Source: Candidatus Bathyarchaeota archaeon
Lineage (GTDB): Archaea > Thermoproteota > Bathyarchaeia > Bathyarchaeales > Bathycorpusculaceae
Direction: 5' to 3'
NCBI GenBank assembly: GCA_963775895.1
Contig: CAVZKL010000020.1
Span: 1-64,000 of the forward strand
Length of the DNA stretch: 64,000 nucleotides
Below, one piece after another: positions 54,064 to 63,622 of this stretch (position 1 is its first letter; each line of letters begins with the position of its first letter). Both the position numbers and the translations under genes were made by a program. The notes beneath the pieces were generated by a model that did not search any database, had not been told where the DNA came from, and was given only the letters and a program-made list of their open reading frames with translations.

Positions 54064-57000
54064 CTAAATTTTAGTGTAGTACACGATTGCCGTGTATATG
54101 TCTCGCATGTTAACCACGCCGTCATCGTTCACGTCCAGACTAGGGTTCCAGAGAGCGCTTCCTTTGCGCGTGCAGAACGCCGAAACGAGAGCATTCACAT
54201 CGTGCATGTCAACGACACCGTCGGGAACGCCTGCAGGTCCGGAAACGTCCCCGGGGATCGAGACGAAGACCAAAGCCTTCATCGTCAGGTTGTTGTCCGC
54301 CGTGTAAGTTTCGCCCGAGACGACGTCGGCCACAGCCGTGATCGAGTAGTTGCCCTTGAGCAACTGTCGTCGTGTTCCATACAAATGTGATGGTGGTCGA
54401 GTTTCTGGCAGTCAACGTCACGGCCTGTCTTTGCACGATGGTCGAGTTTGCCATGACCGTTACGTTGAAGGTTTCAGTTTGTTCCCCGTAGTTGATCACT
54501 TCGGCGTATATCCAAAGATGAGTATGTCCCACGGTGTTGTTCGAAGTGTCAACCGTGACCACTCCGATGTCATGCGAACCAGCGTAAGGCTTTGTCAGAG
54601 GAAAGTGGTCGGTGTTGTTTTCCGCTATCACGTATGCCGTGTCGATTATTCCGTCACTTCCCGTTTCGTTCTGGTAAACACCTCTGAACAAGTCACTTCC
54701 GTTGAGGCTGTTCCAGTAATTTCCTCCGCTAGGATAGCCGTTGTCCCACAGGTTGACTAAGCCCTGAATTCCGACGACGTTTGCATCGTTTACGAAGTTG
54801 TTGTGGTAGATCTTGTTATCGGAAGAGATTACGAATTCGAGACCGCAGTTGTGGCTGTTTTCCACGTCGTTTCCTATCAGGGTGTTGAAAGAAGACAAAG
54901 TTTGAAGCAAGACACCTTCACCGTTGTCTGTCACTTTGTTTCCCGCCAGGGTGTTGTTCGACGAGTATTCGAACCAGATTCCATAATGATTGTTTCCGGT
55001 TACATTGTTTTCGTTCAAGGTGTTGTTATTCGAAGAAGACCATATGCATATCCCGGCATCGTTACCCATGACGGTGTTGTTGTTCAAAGTATCGTTCCAG
55101 GAGGATTGAAGTAGGACACCGTAATAGTTATTGTTGCTGACGTTATTCCAGTTCAGAGTGTTGTCGTTGCCCTTTACGAGGATACCAGTCCCATTGTTGT
55201 TCATCACATCGTTACTGATCAGGATATTCCAGTTTGATGATGAGAGCAGATCTATGCCGTCTCCATCGTTGTTTTCGATGATGTTATGCTCGATCGCGTT
55301 CCCAGTTGAAGACACAATAACGCCGCAGTCTGGGTAGGATCCACTGTTTCTCACGGTGAAGCCAGTCAAGTTGACGTTGTTGGCCGTGATGTTCACGCAC
55401 GTTCCATTCGAAGAACCATCGATGATTGTGGTCTTGCTGTTGTCTCCAATCAGCGCCACGGATTTGTTCACTGCCAAATGTTCGTAGTACGTTCCTGGAT
55501 CGACGTGTATCCTGTTTCCGTCCAAGGTTTCAGGAGCATTGATTGCAGCCTGCAAGGTCGCATAGTCCAATCCAGTGTCGATGTCATGAACTGGCAGGAG
55601 GCTCTTTTTCGCCATCAACGGGTAGTGATCTGTGTTGTTTGCGTCAATGACGTACGGTGTGTCCCCGATTCCATCACTACCGTTAATATTTTGGTTGGGA
55701 CCGCTCTTCAAGTCCACACCAGCGTAGTCGCTCCAGTAGTTTCCGCCCGAAGGGTAGCCGTTGTCCCACGTGTTATTCCCCGCCCTGTAAACCATTGAAG
55801 CACCCCCTACTCTGTTCATGGTGTTGTGATAGAACGAATTGTTGGCGCTGTCACCAAAATCGACTCCGCAGAAACCGCTAATCTGGAAGACATTGTCTAT
55901 GACGTTGTTGAATTGGCTTTCGAGTATTTGAAGGTCAATTCTGCAGTCGGCGAGTGCGTTGCTGCTCAGGATGCAGTTTTTCGAGTCAAGAAGTAAGATT
56001 CCAATGTCAGCGGATGACGAGTTTGTATTCCTCACGGTGCAGTTCACGCTGTTTACGATCTGAAGATTGACCGAATTCTTGGTCAATTCCAGCCCCTGCA
56101 CGACGATGTTTGAACACTCGACCAGCGTCACTTGCCCAGCGTTTGAGGGAACAGTTTCATCAACATGACCAATCAAGTAATAGACAGGTTTTCCGTCTAC
56201 GAGGTTTGTGGCGTCCATATCAATCTGGTCATAGGCGCTTGAATTGAGTTCAAGGTTGTATAAACTGTTGTTCTCGATGCCGTTGCTCCTAAAAGTTCCG
56301 TTGACTGCTCCCTGGCCATAGATGCTAAGCCCTACTCCGTTGTTCGCGACGTCATTGCCCGAAACGAAATATCCAGTTTGGTCAAGGTAGATTCCGTTCC
56401 CCGTATTGTTCTTGATGACATTGTACAGCAGGTTTCCGCGAGCGCTTCCTGCACCGGTGCCCCAGTCGCCTGCGTAGACGCCTGTTTGACCGTTCTGGAT
56501 AGTGAAGTTGCAGACGGACACGTTGTTAACGCCTTTTATTCCCACAACGTAGCCTGCGCCGTTGCCATCGATAATCGTGCCGTTCCTATCTTCTCCCAGG
56601 AGGGCTACTGTCTTGTTGGCCACGACGTTTTCGTGATAAGTGCCTTTCCTGACGAGAATCGTGTCCCCGCTGTTGACGCCGTTGATGGCGCTTTGAATCG
56701 TCGGGTAATAGTCCGGCACGATCGTTCCTTCCAGAAGGTTAACCGAGAATGTCTGATTTGCAAAACCGATGTCAACTCCGTTATTATCCCAGAGAAAAGT
56801 GTCTGTTGTTGTGGGTAGGAACGAAAGGTTTTTTTCGCTTTTCTCTCCGACTCTGAATGCGGTGAAATTGATTACGCAGAGTAATGCGTTGTGGTAACGT
56901 TCACTGCCTTGGTCAGGGGAATCCAATCGCACCGCAGGCCATGAACGTGGGTAATGGCCGCGTATTTGGCGTCTTGAGTGTCATCACTGAAGTCGATAGT

Positions 57001-57343
57001 CGTGATCTCCGGCTATTCCGTGAAAGACGTAGGAAGGGTCATTTTCAGGTATCAAGATATTGGTGCATCTCAAGGAATTGTTGTCAAACGTTAACCCTAC
57101 CTGCCAAGTTGCTAGGTTGCTTGTCAACCCGCTTAGCGTGACGTTCACGGTGAAGGGCACGCCGTCTGGAGGCAGCTGCTGGGTCGCGTTTCCTAGAGTG
57201 GTTGAGTTCAAGCCTGTTGAGTAGTCAGTGATCTTAATCAAACTGGAAACTGTGCCCTTCACTGATTTAGTGTTCAATGAAGGCAGCAGTAAAGAGAGAA
57301 AGAGCAGTGTGAGCATGATTCTGGAAACTGTTCTCTTCCACAA
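54064..57343 (-). CDS. Large secreted protein: cohesin-like, two NosD/CASH beta-helix modules, CARDB-like, dockerin-like (frameshifts near 57000 and 54360)
   Basis: Signal peptide, WQVGLTFD, VPDYYPTIQSAIN, two WDNGYPSGGNYW..DGI.DT.YVI, HDIGV, GDVSG..DGVVDMHD..DVNDDGVVNMRD. Confidence 0.8.
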
Positions 57344-57581
57344 CTTCTTTTCCCCTAATCTAGATAGGGTGATCAGCAAATATTATTTTCGGCTGAAAAA
57401 TCAAAAATCAGAGCACACACCTCATAACAGAAACGCTGAAGAGGCAACGCACTCGAAAATCGAAATCAAAAATCATGCTGGGTGGAACTTCTGTGTCCTG
57501 CGCGCAGATCTGAGCGTCCGAGACGACTTCTCATTTATTTAGAGGTGAAAACACAGTGATCTAGTAGGGTGCAAGCGATTA

Positions 57582-57794
57582 ATGGGCAGGAACAGGACAG
57601 TTCTGCTGGGAGCCGCTGTCATCATAGTTTCCATCGTTCTTCTTGCAGTTCTCGTTGTTTTCGTGACAGGATATCTACAGAAATACCTTGAGATGAATTA
57701 TAACGTGGATCCGTTATTGACCACTGTCCTCCTAGCTATCGCGGTTTTTGCAGTCGTGGCGGTCTTGTTCAAAAAGAAAGTTCCTGAACAATGA
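57582..57794 (+). CDS. Small 2-TM membrane protein
   Basis: Two hydrophobic helices, basic tail. Confidence 0.65.
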   Translation: MGRNRTVLLGAAVIIVSIVLLAVLVVFVTGYLQKYLEMNYNVDPLLTTVLLAIAVFAVVAVLFKKKVPEQ

Positions 57795-58065
57795 CCAAAA
57801 CAGACGCATTTCAGACTTTCGCCTAGAACACGCGTGCCACTCTGTCAGCCTATGAGTAACAATGATTCGATGGATCCGAGGAGAGCGCAGTGTCCCAAAG
57901 TCAGCGTACCAGATTTGGCAAACGTTGCCGTATGCCTCAAGCTAGCTGATGAAGCTAATGAGCAAGAGACTTCCTTTGCTCCTCAATGCGCACGCTCGAT
58001 TAGTCCACTCTTTTCGAAAAGTTGATTAAGCCAAAAAGGAGACATGTGTACGAGGTTCCGAATCA

Positions 58066-58302
58066 TTGACAATCGCTTACGTGTTGGCAAAAGTTGAAGC
58101 AGGAAAAGACCAAGAAGTACTGAGAGAAGTCAAAAAGAAAGCTGGTGTTCAGCAAGCAACTCCTACCTATGGTGTGTACGACCTACACGTTCAAGTTATG
58201 TTCAATACTATGGAAGAACTCGACAGATTCATATTCGATGAGATCCGCCGCATCCCAGGAATAAAGGAAACAGTGACCTTGATAGCCTTCAAGGGGATAT
58301 GA
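58066..58302 (+). CDS. Stand-alone Lrp/AsnC ligand-binding domain protein
   Basis: AYVL.KVEAG..TYGVYDL..IRRIPGIKETVTLI; no HTH. Confidence 0.88.
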   Translation: MTIAYVLAKVEAGKDQEVLREVKKKAGVQQATPTYGVYDLHVQVMFNTMEELDRFIFDEIRRIPGIKETVTLIAFKGI

Positions 58303-58617
58303 ATGTCTAAGATCGGTTGCAGAGAAATCTATTTTATTAATGCAATGCAACCGCGGCAGGTTGATTTCTTTATTGACAGAGTCAAAGCAGTTGTGAAGGA
58401 AATGGGTTTTCCATCCGAGTATGATATACGAATCTACAAGAACGTCTTTTCATGCTGTGGGGTGGGAGGAGTCGGCGTAATCATCGAAGTCGTAGGTCCA
58501 GAGGAAGAGAAAATAAAGACGATCGACTTGAGGGCCGTGTCTAAGATTCTCGAGCTGTGCGAGAAGGAAGGCTACGAGGTAGGACATCATTCTGTGGGGC
58601 AATACGAATCCATGTAG
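58303..58617 (+). CDS. Hypothetical protein with SCCG motif
   Basis: 104 aa, starts immediately after the previous stop. Confidence 0.7.
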   Translation: MSKIGCREIYFINAMQPRQVDFFIDRVKAVVKEMGFPSEYDIRIYKNVFSCCGVGGVGVIIEVVGPEEEKIKTIDLRAVSKILELCEKEGYEVGHHSVGQYESM

Positions 58618-58629
58618 CGGCGGGTCCGC

Positions 58630-58947
58630 TTATGATGAGAGATCGTTTGATTTTTCGCCGAACCGGCTAGACAGGTCATTCCACGTGAACATTTCGAAGC
58701 AGATTAGGGTTTCTGTCTTCCGAACGAATGATGACTTCCTCAGTTCCAAGAGTCTTTGATCTATGTTCTTGATTGCTCCGCGAAGCGTAAGAACGAAGTC
58801 AAAAGACCCATGAACGAAATCCATCCTTTCAACCTCAGAGTCCAAAATCAATCCCTTAGACAAGACTTCATCACAGAACTCTTTCTCCTTGCCCGGGCGA
58901 AGAGCTACCAGAACATAGGCACGTGCGCGATTATCTTCAGTTGTCAT
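58630..58947 (-). CDS. Stand-alone Lrp/AsnC ligand-binding domain protein
   Basis: RAYVLV..PGKE..VHGSFDF..VRKTETLI. Confidence 0.8.
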   Translation of the reverse strand: MTTEDNRARAYVLVALRPGKEKEFCDEVLSKGLILDSEVERMDFVHGSFDFVLTLRGAIKNIDQRLLELRKSSFVRKTETLICFEMFTWNDLSSRFGEKSNDLSS

Positions 58948-58986
58948 GGAATTTTCCTTGCCGACCACTCTGTCATTCTCAAAACC

Positions 58987-59496
58987 TTAGACCCTCAGCG
59001 ACGCAACGACAGACGTCATTGCCCCTTCTATTTCTGGAACATTTTTGTTGATATGCGCGATCGACCGTTCCAAATGCTCTCTGCTATTCGATCTTATTGC
59101 GCAAATCAGATCATAAGGTCCAAATACAGTGTCAGCAGAAATTACTTCTGGAACAGCCAGAAGCGCCTTCTGCAATTTTTCTAGGTTTCGTGGTTGAGTA
59201 TTCAAGAATAGAAAAGCAAACGGTTCTTCAGCATATGATGGGCCTTCATGAATCACGATAAAAGTCATGGATCTCGTAACCAAAGCATCTTTAGCACCGA
59301 TCATCCGTATCGGGTTGAACCATTTTTCGATGAACTCATCTAGGGTTTTTAACCCAGTGAATTGAACAAGTACGTCCATAGGACCAAGAAGCAAGAATAC
59401 GTCTCCTCTGGGAATGTTCAGTTTCAGAAGATCTTCGAGTACCTCGTTGTAAACGCCTGCCTTGCAACTCAAGCACATGTATGCTCTTATCGCCAT
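58987..59496 (-). CDS. Tandem Lrp/AsnC ligand-binding domain protein
   Basis: Two modules: AYM..LLGPMDV and AFLF..VFGPYDLI; no HTH. Confidence 0.8.
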   Translation of the reverse strand: MAIRAYMCLSCKAGVYNEVLEDLLKLNIPRGDVFLLLGPMDVLVQFTGLKTLDEFIEKWFNPIRMIGAKDALVTRSMTFIVIHEGPSYAEEPFAFLFLNTQPRNLEKLQKALLAVPEVISADTVFGPYDLICAIRSNSREHLERSIAHINKNVPEIEGAMTSVVASLRV

Positions 59497-59579
59497 CACC
59501 AACGATTCTTCAGTGTTGCCAATAGCGCGCGTACGCAACGCGGTTTTACGAAGGCATGGCTCCCTTGAAGCACTTGTTC

Positions 59580-59960
59580 CTACGGGCTAGAACTGGGTAG
59601 TTTCTCAAGACATGTGCTCTTGGCGTTTGCCTTCTTCAGGGTCTCCAGGTATGCGTTTTCACCAGCTCTTCTTATGAGTTGCTGCTGGCCATTGACAAAG
59701 TTGATGATGTGATACAATGATTCCTCTCCGCTCAGCTGTTGGTCGAAGTAACATCCTTTTTTGACGTTCAAGCCTTTCAAATGGTCAAGGGCATACCTAC
59801 AATGTCCAACGATTTCACACGACGCACATTTGCCCCAATCTTCCGGATAAAGGCAAGGTCCACACGTCACGTGGCACGCTCTCTTCCCAGGATACAAGTT
59901 TTTCTTAGTGTCACCTTCGCAACGACAGCATTTGCTTTCCCAAGATTCTTGCTCCACCAT
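59580..59960 (-). CDS. Cys-rich hypothetical protein
   Basis: CCRC, CHVTCGPC, CASC..HC, plus two further Cys. Confidence 0.7.
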   Translation of the reverse strand: MVEQESWESKCCRCEGDTKKNLYPGKRACHVTCGPCLYPEDWGKCASCEIVGHCRYALDHLKGLNVKKGCYFDQQLSGEESLYHIINFVNGQQQLIRRAGENAYLETLKKANAKSTCLEKLPSSSP

Positions 59961-60045
59961 TTTGCATCAAATCCCCAAAAGATAATCATATATACAAGTA
60001 GGACTATAGCGTATAAATGTTGCTGGTTATGGACTATAAACAAAT

Positions 60046-60663
60046 ATGGAGAATGATTTGATGACTAAAAGCAAAGCCTCATCGAAAAATGCTAAGACAT
60101 CAGTAGGCGACCTTGATGAGACCGACAGAAAGATCATGTCCATGTTAATCGAGAATCCGAAGTTGTCCCAAGCCGAAATCTCGGAGTGTTTGAAGATCTC
60201 TCAACCCGCGGTGAGCCTCAGAATGCGAAAGCTCGAAGAAAAAGGAGTATTGGCCCACTTGATTGGAACCGACATCAAGAAAGCCGAGCTCTTCTTGGCA
60301 AAAGTGGATATTACTACTAATCGAGTTGAACAACTACTGGAAACTCTGAACAAGTGCCCTCTATACTTAAACTGTTTCTTAACTTCGGGAAAGCACAACA
60401 TGACGTGCCTGATGCTTGGAGAAAACATAAAATCCATCATGTCCGTCGTTGATTCTCGACTGCGACAAAACCTTCCGGCAGAAAACATAGAGTTTGACTT
60501 GATAGTGACCCCGACTAGACCCATGATAGTGCCAATCAAGCCGCAACAGGAAAGAAAGAAAATCTCGCCATGTGGTGCAGATTGCAGCACCTGTAACTTC
60601 TATACCAGTGACAAATGCTTGGGCTGCCCGGGTTCAATTCAATACAAAGGAAACCTGCTATAA
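60046..60663 (+). CDS. Lrp/AsnC-family regulator with Cys-rich C-terminal tail
   Basis: LDETDRKI..LSQAEI..ISQPAVSLRMRKLEEKG HTH; PCGADCSTC..KCLGCP. Confidence 0.88.
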   Translation: MENDLMTKSKASSKNAKTSVGDLDETDRKIMSMLIENPKLSQAEISECLKISQPAVSLRMRKLEEKGVLAHLIGTDIKKAELFLAKVDITTNRVEQLLETLNKCPLYLNCFLTSGKHNMTCLMLGENIKSIMSVVDSRLRQNLPAENIEFDLIVTPTRPMIVPIKPQQERKKISPCGADCSTCNFYTSDKCLGCPGSIQYKGNLL

Positions 60664-60858
60664 CGCGCTAATCCAACTTTTGAGTTTCGGGACATAATTG
60701 GAGGGTATGCCATCAAGTGCAACATCAGATTCATGCGCAACATCACGGAACTGATTTGTTCAAAAAACGAAAATAGCGCGCGCGTGTTGTAGCTGGGCAA
60801 ACTCTTAATTGTTGGTTAAGTCTAATTAAGCCTTAAGTAATAATGTGGGTGATTTTCT

Positions 60859-61242
60859 GTGTCATTAGAGAAGAATAAGGGTTTCGTGCGCAGGGTGAAT
60901 GAGGCTTTGAACAAGAAGGATTTGAGCGTGATAGATGAGTTTATGGCCGCCGATTATGTTGATCATACCAATCAATTGCGGGGTCTGGACGAAGTCAAGC
61001 GATTCTATGCTGGCGTTTTTGAGGACTTGCCTGATTTTCATAGGGAAATCGAGGACATTGTCGCTGAGGGTGATAAGGTGTGGGCTCGTATTAGAATAAC
61101 AGGAACTTTATCCTCGGGCAAGAAGATCGATGCGACGACTGTAAGTATGATTCGCATTGTCGGCGGCAAGGCGATGGAAGGTTGGACCGTTCCCCGAGTC
61201 ACGGGGCAGGACCGGTCAATAGACAAGTCACTCTACGATTAA
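60859..61242 (+). CDS. SnoaL-like/ester cyclase (NTF2 fold)
   Basis: SLEKNK..VRR, DYVDH, LPD..IEDIVAEGDKVW. Confidence 0.85.
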   Translation: MSLEKNKGFVRRVNEALNKKDLSVIDEFMAADYVDHTNQLRGLDEVKRFYAGVFEDLPDFHREIEDIVAEGDKVWARIRITGTLSSGKKIDATTVSMIRIVGGKAMEGWTVPRVTGQDRSIDKSLYD

Positions 61243-61286
61243 TAGTAGTGCGTTTTACGTTTCGCGCGCCTGAATCAAGCAATTTT

Positions 61287-61961
61287 ACCGGTAGCGCGCG
61301 CAGGAACCCAATACTCTTATTTACAAAAACGCAATGATTCTGACAGTAAGAGCTGGAGAATGATTCTATGGGGTGGACAATGAGTTCCGTGGGAGGCGTC
61401 GCGGTGATATCTCTTTACTTTGTTTTCACGTTCTCCTCATTGGCACTTTATCCTAAAGCTTACAGTCCAGTAACTAACTGGTTAAGCGATTTAGGCAGCT
61501 CGTCGAACAATCCAAGAGGTGCAATTCTTTACAACCTAGGCTGCATTCTGACAGGAATAGCATTGTTCCCGTTTTTCATAGGGTTGTACAAGTGGTACAC
61601 AGAAGAGAAGTGGCGAAGAATAGTTCTCATGGCCACGCAGGCTGTTGGGTGCCTAGCGGCTTTGGCGCTGGTCATGATCGGCGTCTTCTCAGAAGACGCT
61701 GGTTCGCTTCACACTTTGTGGTCGAGCGTTTTCTTCCTATTCAACCTTATCGTGCTTATTCTGGTAGGAGTAAGCCTATTCACCCATACGAGCTACATGA
61801 AAGCCATCGGGGTCTACGGATTCATCGTGGCTGCGATAAATCTTTTGTTCATTCTTCTGTATGACACGCCACTTTTCGAATGGTTCACAGTTTTCACAGC
61901 TTTGGGATACGTTGGACTGCTAGCTAAGAGCACGCTCAAGAGATAAACCGGTAGTGCGCGC
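61287..61961. repeat. 15-bp direct repeats ACCGGTAGYGCGCGC bracketing one gene
   Basis: 61287-61301 and 61947-61961 (1 mismatch); the second begins right after the stop codon. Confidence 0.75.
61368..61946 (+). CDS. DUF998 family membrane protein
   Basis: YP..YSP..NWLSDLG..NPRGA, IGVFSE..LH, FEW. Confidence 0.85.
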   Translation: MGWTMSSVGGVAVISLYFVFTFSSLALYPKAYSPVTNWLSDLGSSSNNPRGAILYNLGCILTGIALFPFFIGLYKWYTEEKWRRIVLMATQAVGCLAALALVMIGVFSEDAGSLHTLWSSVFFLFNLIVLILVGVSLFTHTSYMKAIGVYGFIVAAINLLFILLYDTPLFEWFTVFTALGYVGLLAKSTLKR

Positions 61962-62364
61962 TAATTCAGAGTCCTCAGAATCTATAATTTCTATATCAAA
62001 ATCTGGCACTTATGCCATTTCGCGCGCTATCACTTTCTCCTATTCTTTCTCACCAATCTTCGCAAAAGCCGAATATCGCCGTGAATCATGACGTCTTCAA
62101 ACCTGTCGCGCGCGCGGTAAACACGTTCTAGAGAAGTAATCTTGATGGGAAAAAGGAAATTGCGGAGCTGGAGACGCCTACTACGCTCCACGAGCGCGCT
62201 AACTTCCCCAAACCAAAACTGATGACGATGCTATGCTTGAGAAAAAGAACAAAGGCAGTATACAGGATTCATGTAGCAGGAGGAAGCAGGAAGAGCGTCC
62301 ACGATAAATGCTCGAAAAAAACAGTTATCTTACTTCAGGATACCTTACTGTTGTTGTGGTAACG

Positions 62365-62808
62365 TTGTCGGCTTTAAAGAAGATTGAAATCAAGCCTATA
62401 GGTTTTGTTAAACGAACATCATCTGATGAGAATGTCTGAGACAAAAGCCTTGTTTCGAAGATAATGCTCAAGAAAGATCTTGCCAAAGCTCTGGACGGCG
62501 TTGAGGAGTTTTCCCACGTTTTTATTATCTATTGGATGCACAAAATATCAAACACTAAAAGAAGATCAGTTCATAGTGAAGGTAGAGCAGAGATGCCACC
62601 TGTAGGGGTTTTCGCATGCAGGGGCCCAATTCGTCCGAACCCTATCGGTTTGACTTTGGTGGAGCTTGTTAAACGTGAAGAAAATGTTCTTTGGGTAAGA
62701 GGTCTTGACGCTCTTGATAAGACCCCGGTTCTGGACATCAAGCCGTATGGCCGTTCGTGTGACATTGCAGTGAATTTCAGAGTTCCCAAACGGTTCTGCG
62801 AAAAATAG
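62365..62808 (+). pseudogene. trmO: TrmO/TsaA tRNA m6t6A37 methyltransferase with an in-frame TGA at 62437
   Basis: IKPIGFV upstream of the stop; FSHV..IYWMH, GVFACRGP.RPNPIGL, GLDALDKTPVLDIKPY. Confidence 0.8.
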
Positions 62809-62830
62809 CAGGCAAAAGCGCGTGCGTAGG

Positions 62831-63622
62831 TTAGAACCATGATAGTGTTCCTTGTTTTCTTGCAGTTTTTAGGCACCATGAATAAATGAAATAACCTGAT
62901 GGCAAGATTATGGCACACATAACGGTTAATGCTAGGATTTCTGGCAGGATCATCTGTATGGACCAGCCTACCATCATGAGCCTGATTGCAGTGAAAAAGT
63001 AGTATTGTGGGAGAAAGTAGGAGATTATCTGAAGCTGATAGGGCATTACTTGAGGGGGAAAGAGGACGTTCCCGAAAACGCTGGTCAATATACCTACCAG
63101 CCAAGTTATAGGATCGCCCTGCTTTATCAGGATCAAGATACCGGCGCCGATCATGCTGAAGCCTATGAGGGTTCCAATGCCTAAGCCTAGAACAAGTATT
63201 GTTCCAACAACGTTAATGCTAAGCACGACTCCGAAAGCCAGAGAGCCTACGGCTAGGTATATGGCTACGACGATTGTGCTCCATATGAATCCCCATGCAG
63301 AACTACCGATTATGAAAGTGCCTAACCCTGTCGGAGAAACTAGCACTTCTTCAAGATGCCAAGGGTTGATGGTTTTTTGAACGAGGGTGAGTGCTTGGCC
63401 TATGTAGGTGCTGAAGGCCATGCCGATTAGCAGGTAGGCTGTGAAGGATATGTTATACAGTTGAAGGACTTTCTGCATGTTGGCGTTGCCGCCCAAATAT
63501 GCGTACGACAACGCACCGAATAGAGCGCTCAAGACCATTAGCGCTATGTTTGTCTTGTAGGTGGAGAAGGATATCATGTCTCTCTTTATGAAGTAATAGA
63601 TCTTTTCGACTTCTTGAAACAT
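62831..63622 (-). CDS. ABC-2 permease
   Basis: LEEVLVSPT, GNVLFPP..MP, multi-TM. Confidence 0.85.
   Translation of the reverse strand: MFQEVEKIYYFIKRDMISFSTYKTNIALMVLSALFGALSYAYLGGNANMQKVLQLYNISFTAYLLIGMAFSTYIGQALTLVQKTINPWHLEEVLVSPTGLGTFIIGSSAWGFIWSTIVVAIYLAVGSLAFGVVLSINVVGTILVLGLGIGTLIGFSMIGAGILILIKQGDPITWLVGILTSVFGNVLFPPQVMPYQLQIISYFLPQYYFFTAIRLMMVGWSIQMILPEILALTVMCAIILPSGYFIYSWCLKTARKQGTLSWF

Noticed and set aside
54590-55770. Diversity-generating retroelement TR/VR pair
   Set aside because: The repeats are in-frame duplicated protein modules with no evident adenine-specific mismatch pattern, and no reverse transcriptase is in the window.
2798-57343. Programmed frameshifting or mass pseudogenisation (metG, hom, pyrK, permease, GT2, SBP, ileS, NosD protein)
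   Set aside because: The breaks are scattered indels with no shared slippery motif and hit essential synthetases. They are best explained as sequencing or assembly errors.
60663-62830. Classical integron attC array
   Set aside because: Spacers lack recognisable RYYYAAC/GTTRRRY-bounded hairpins and no IntI is present. Only the CG-core repeats are supported.
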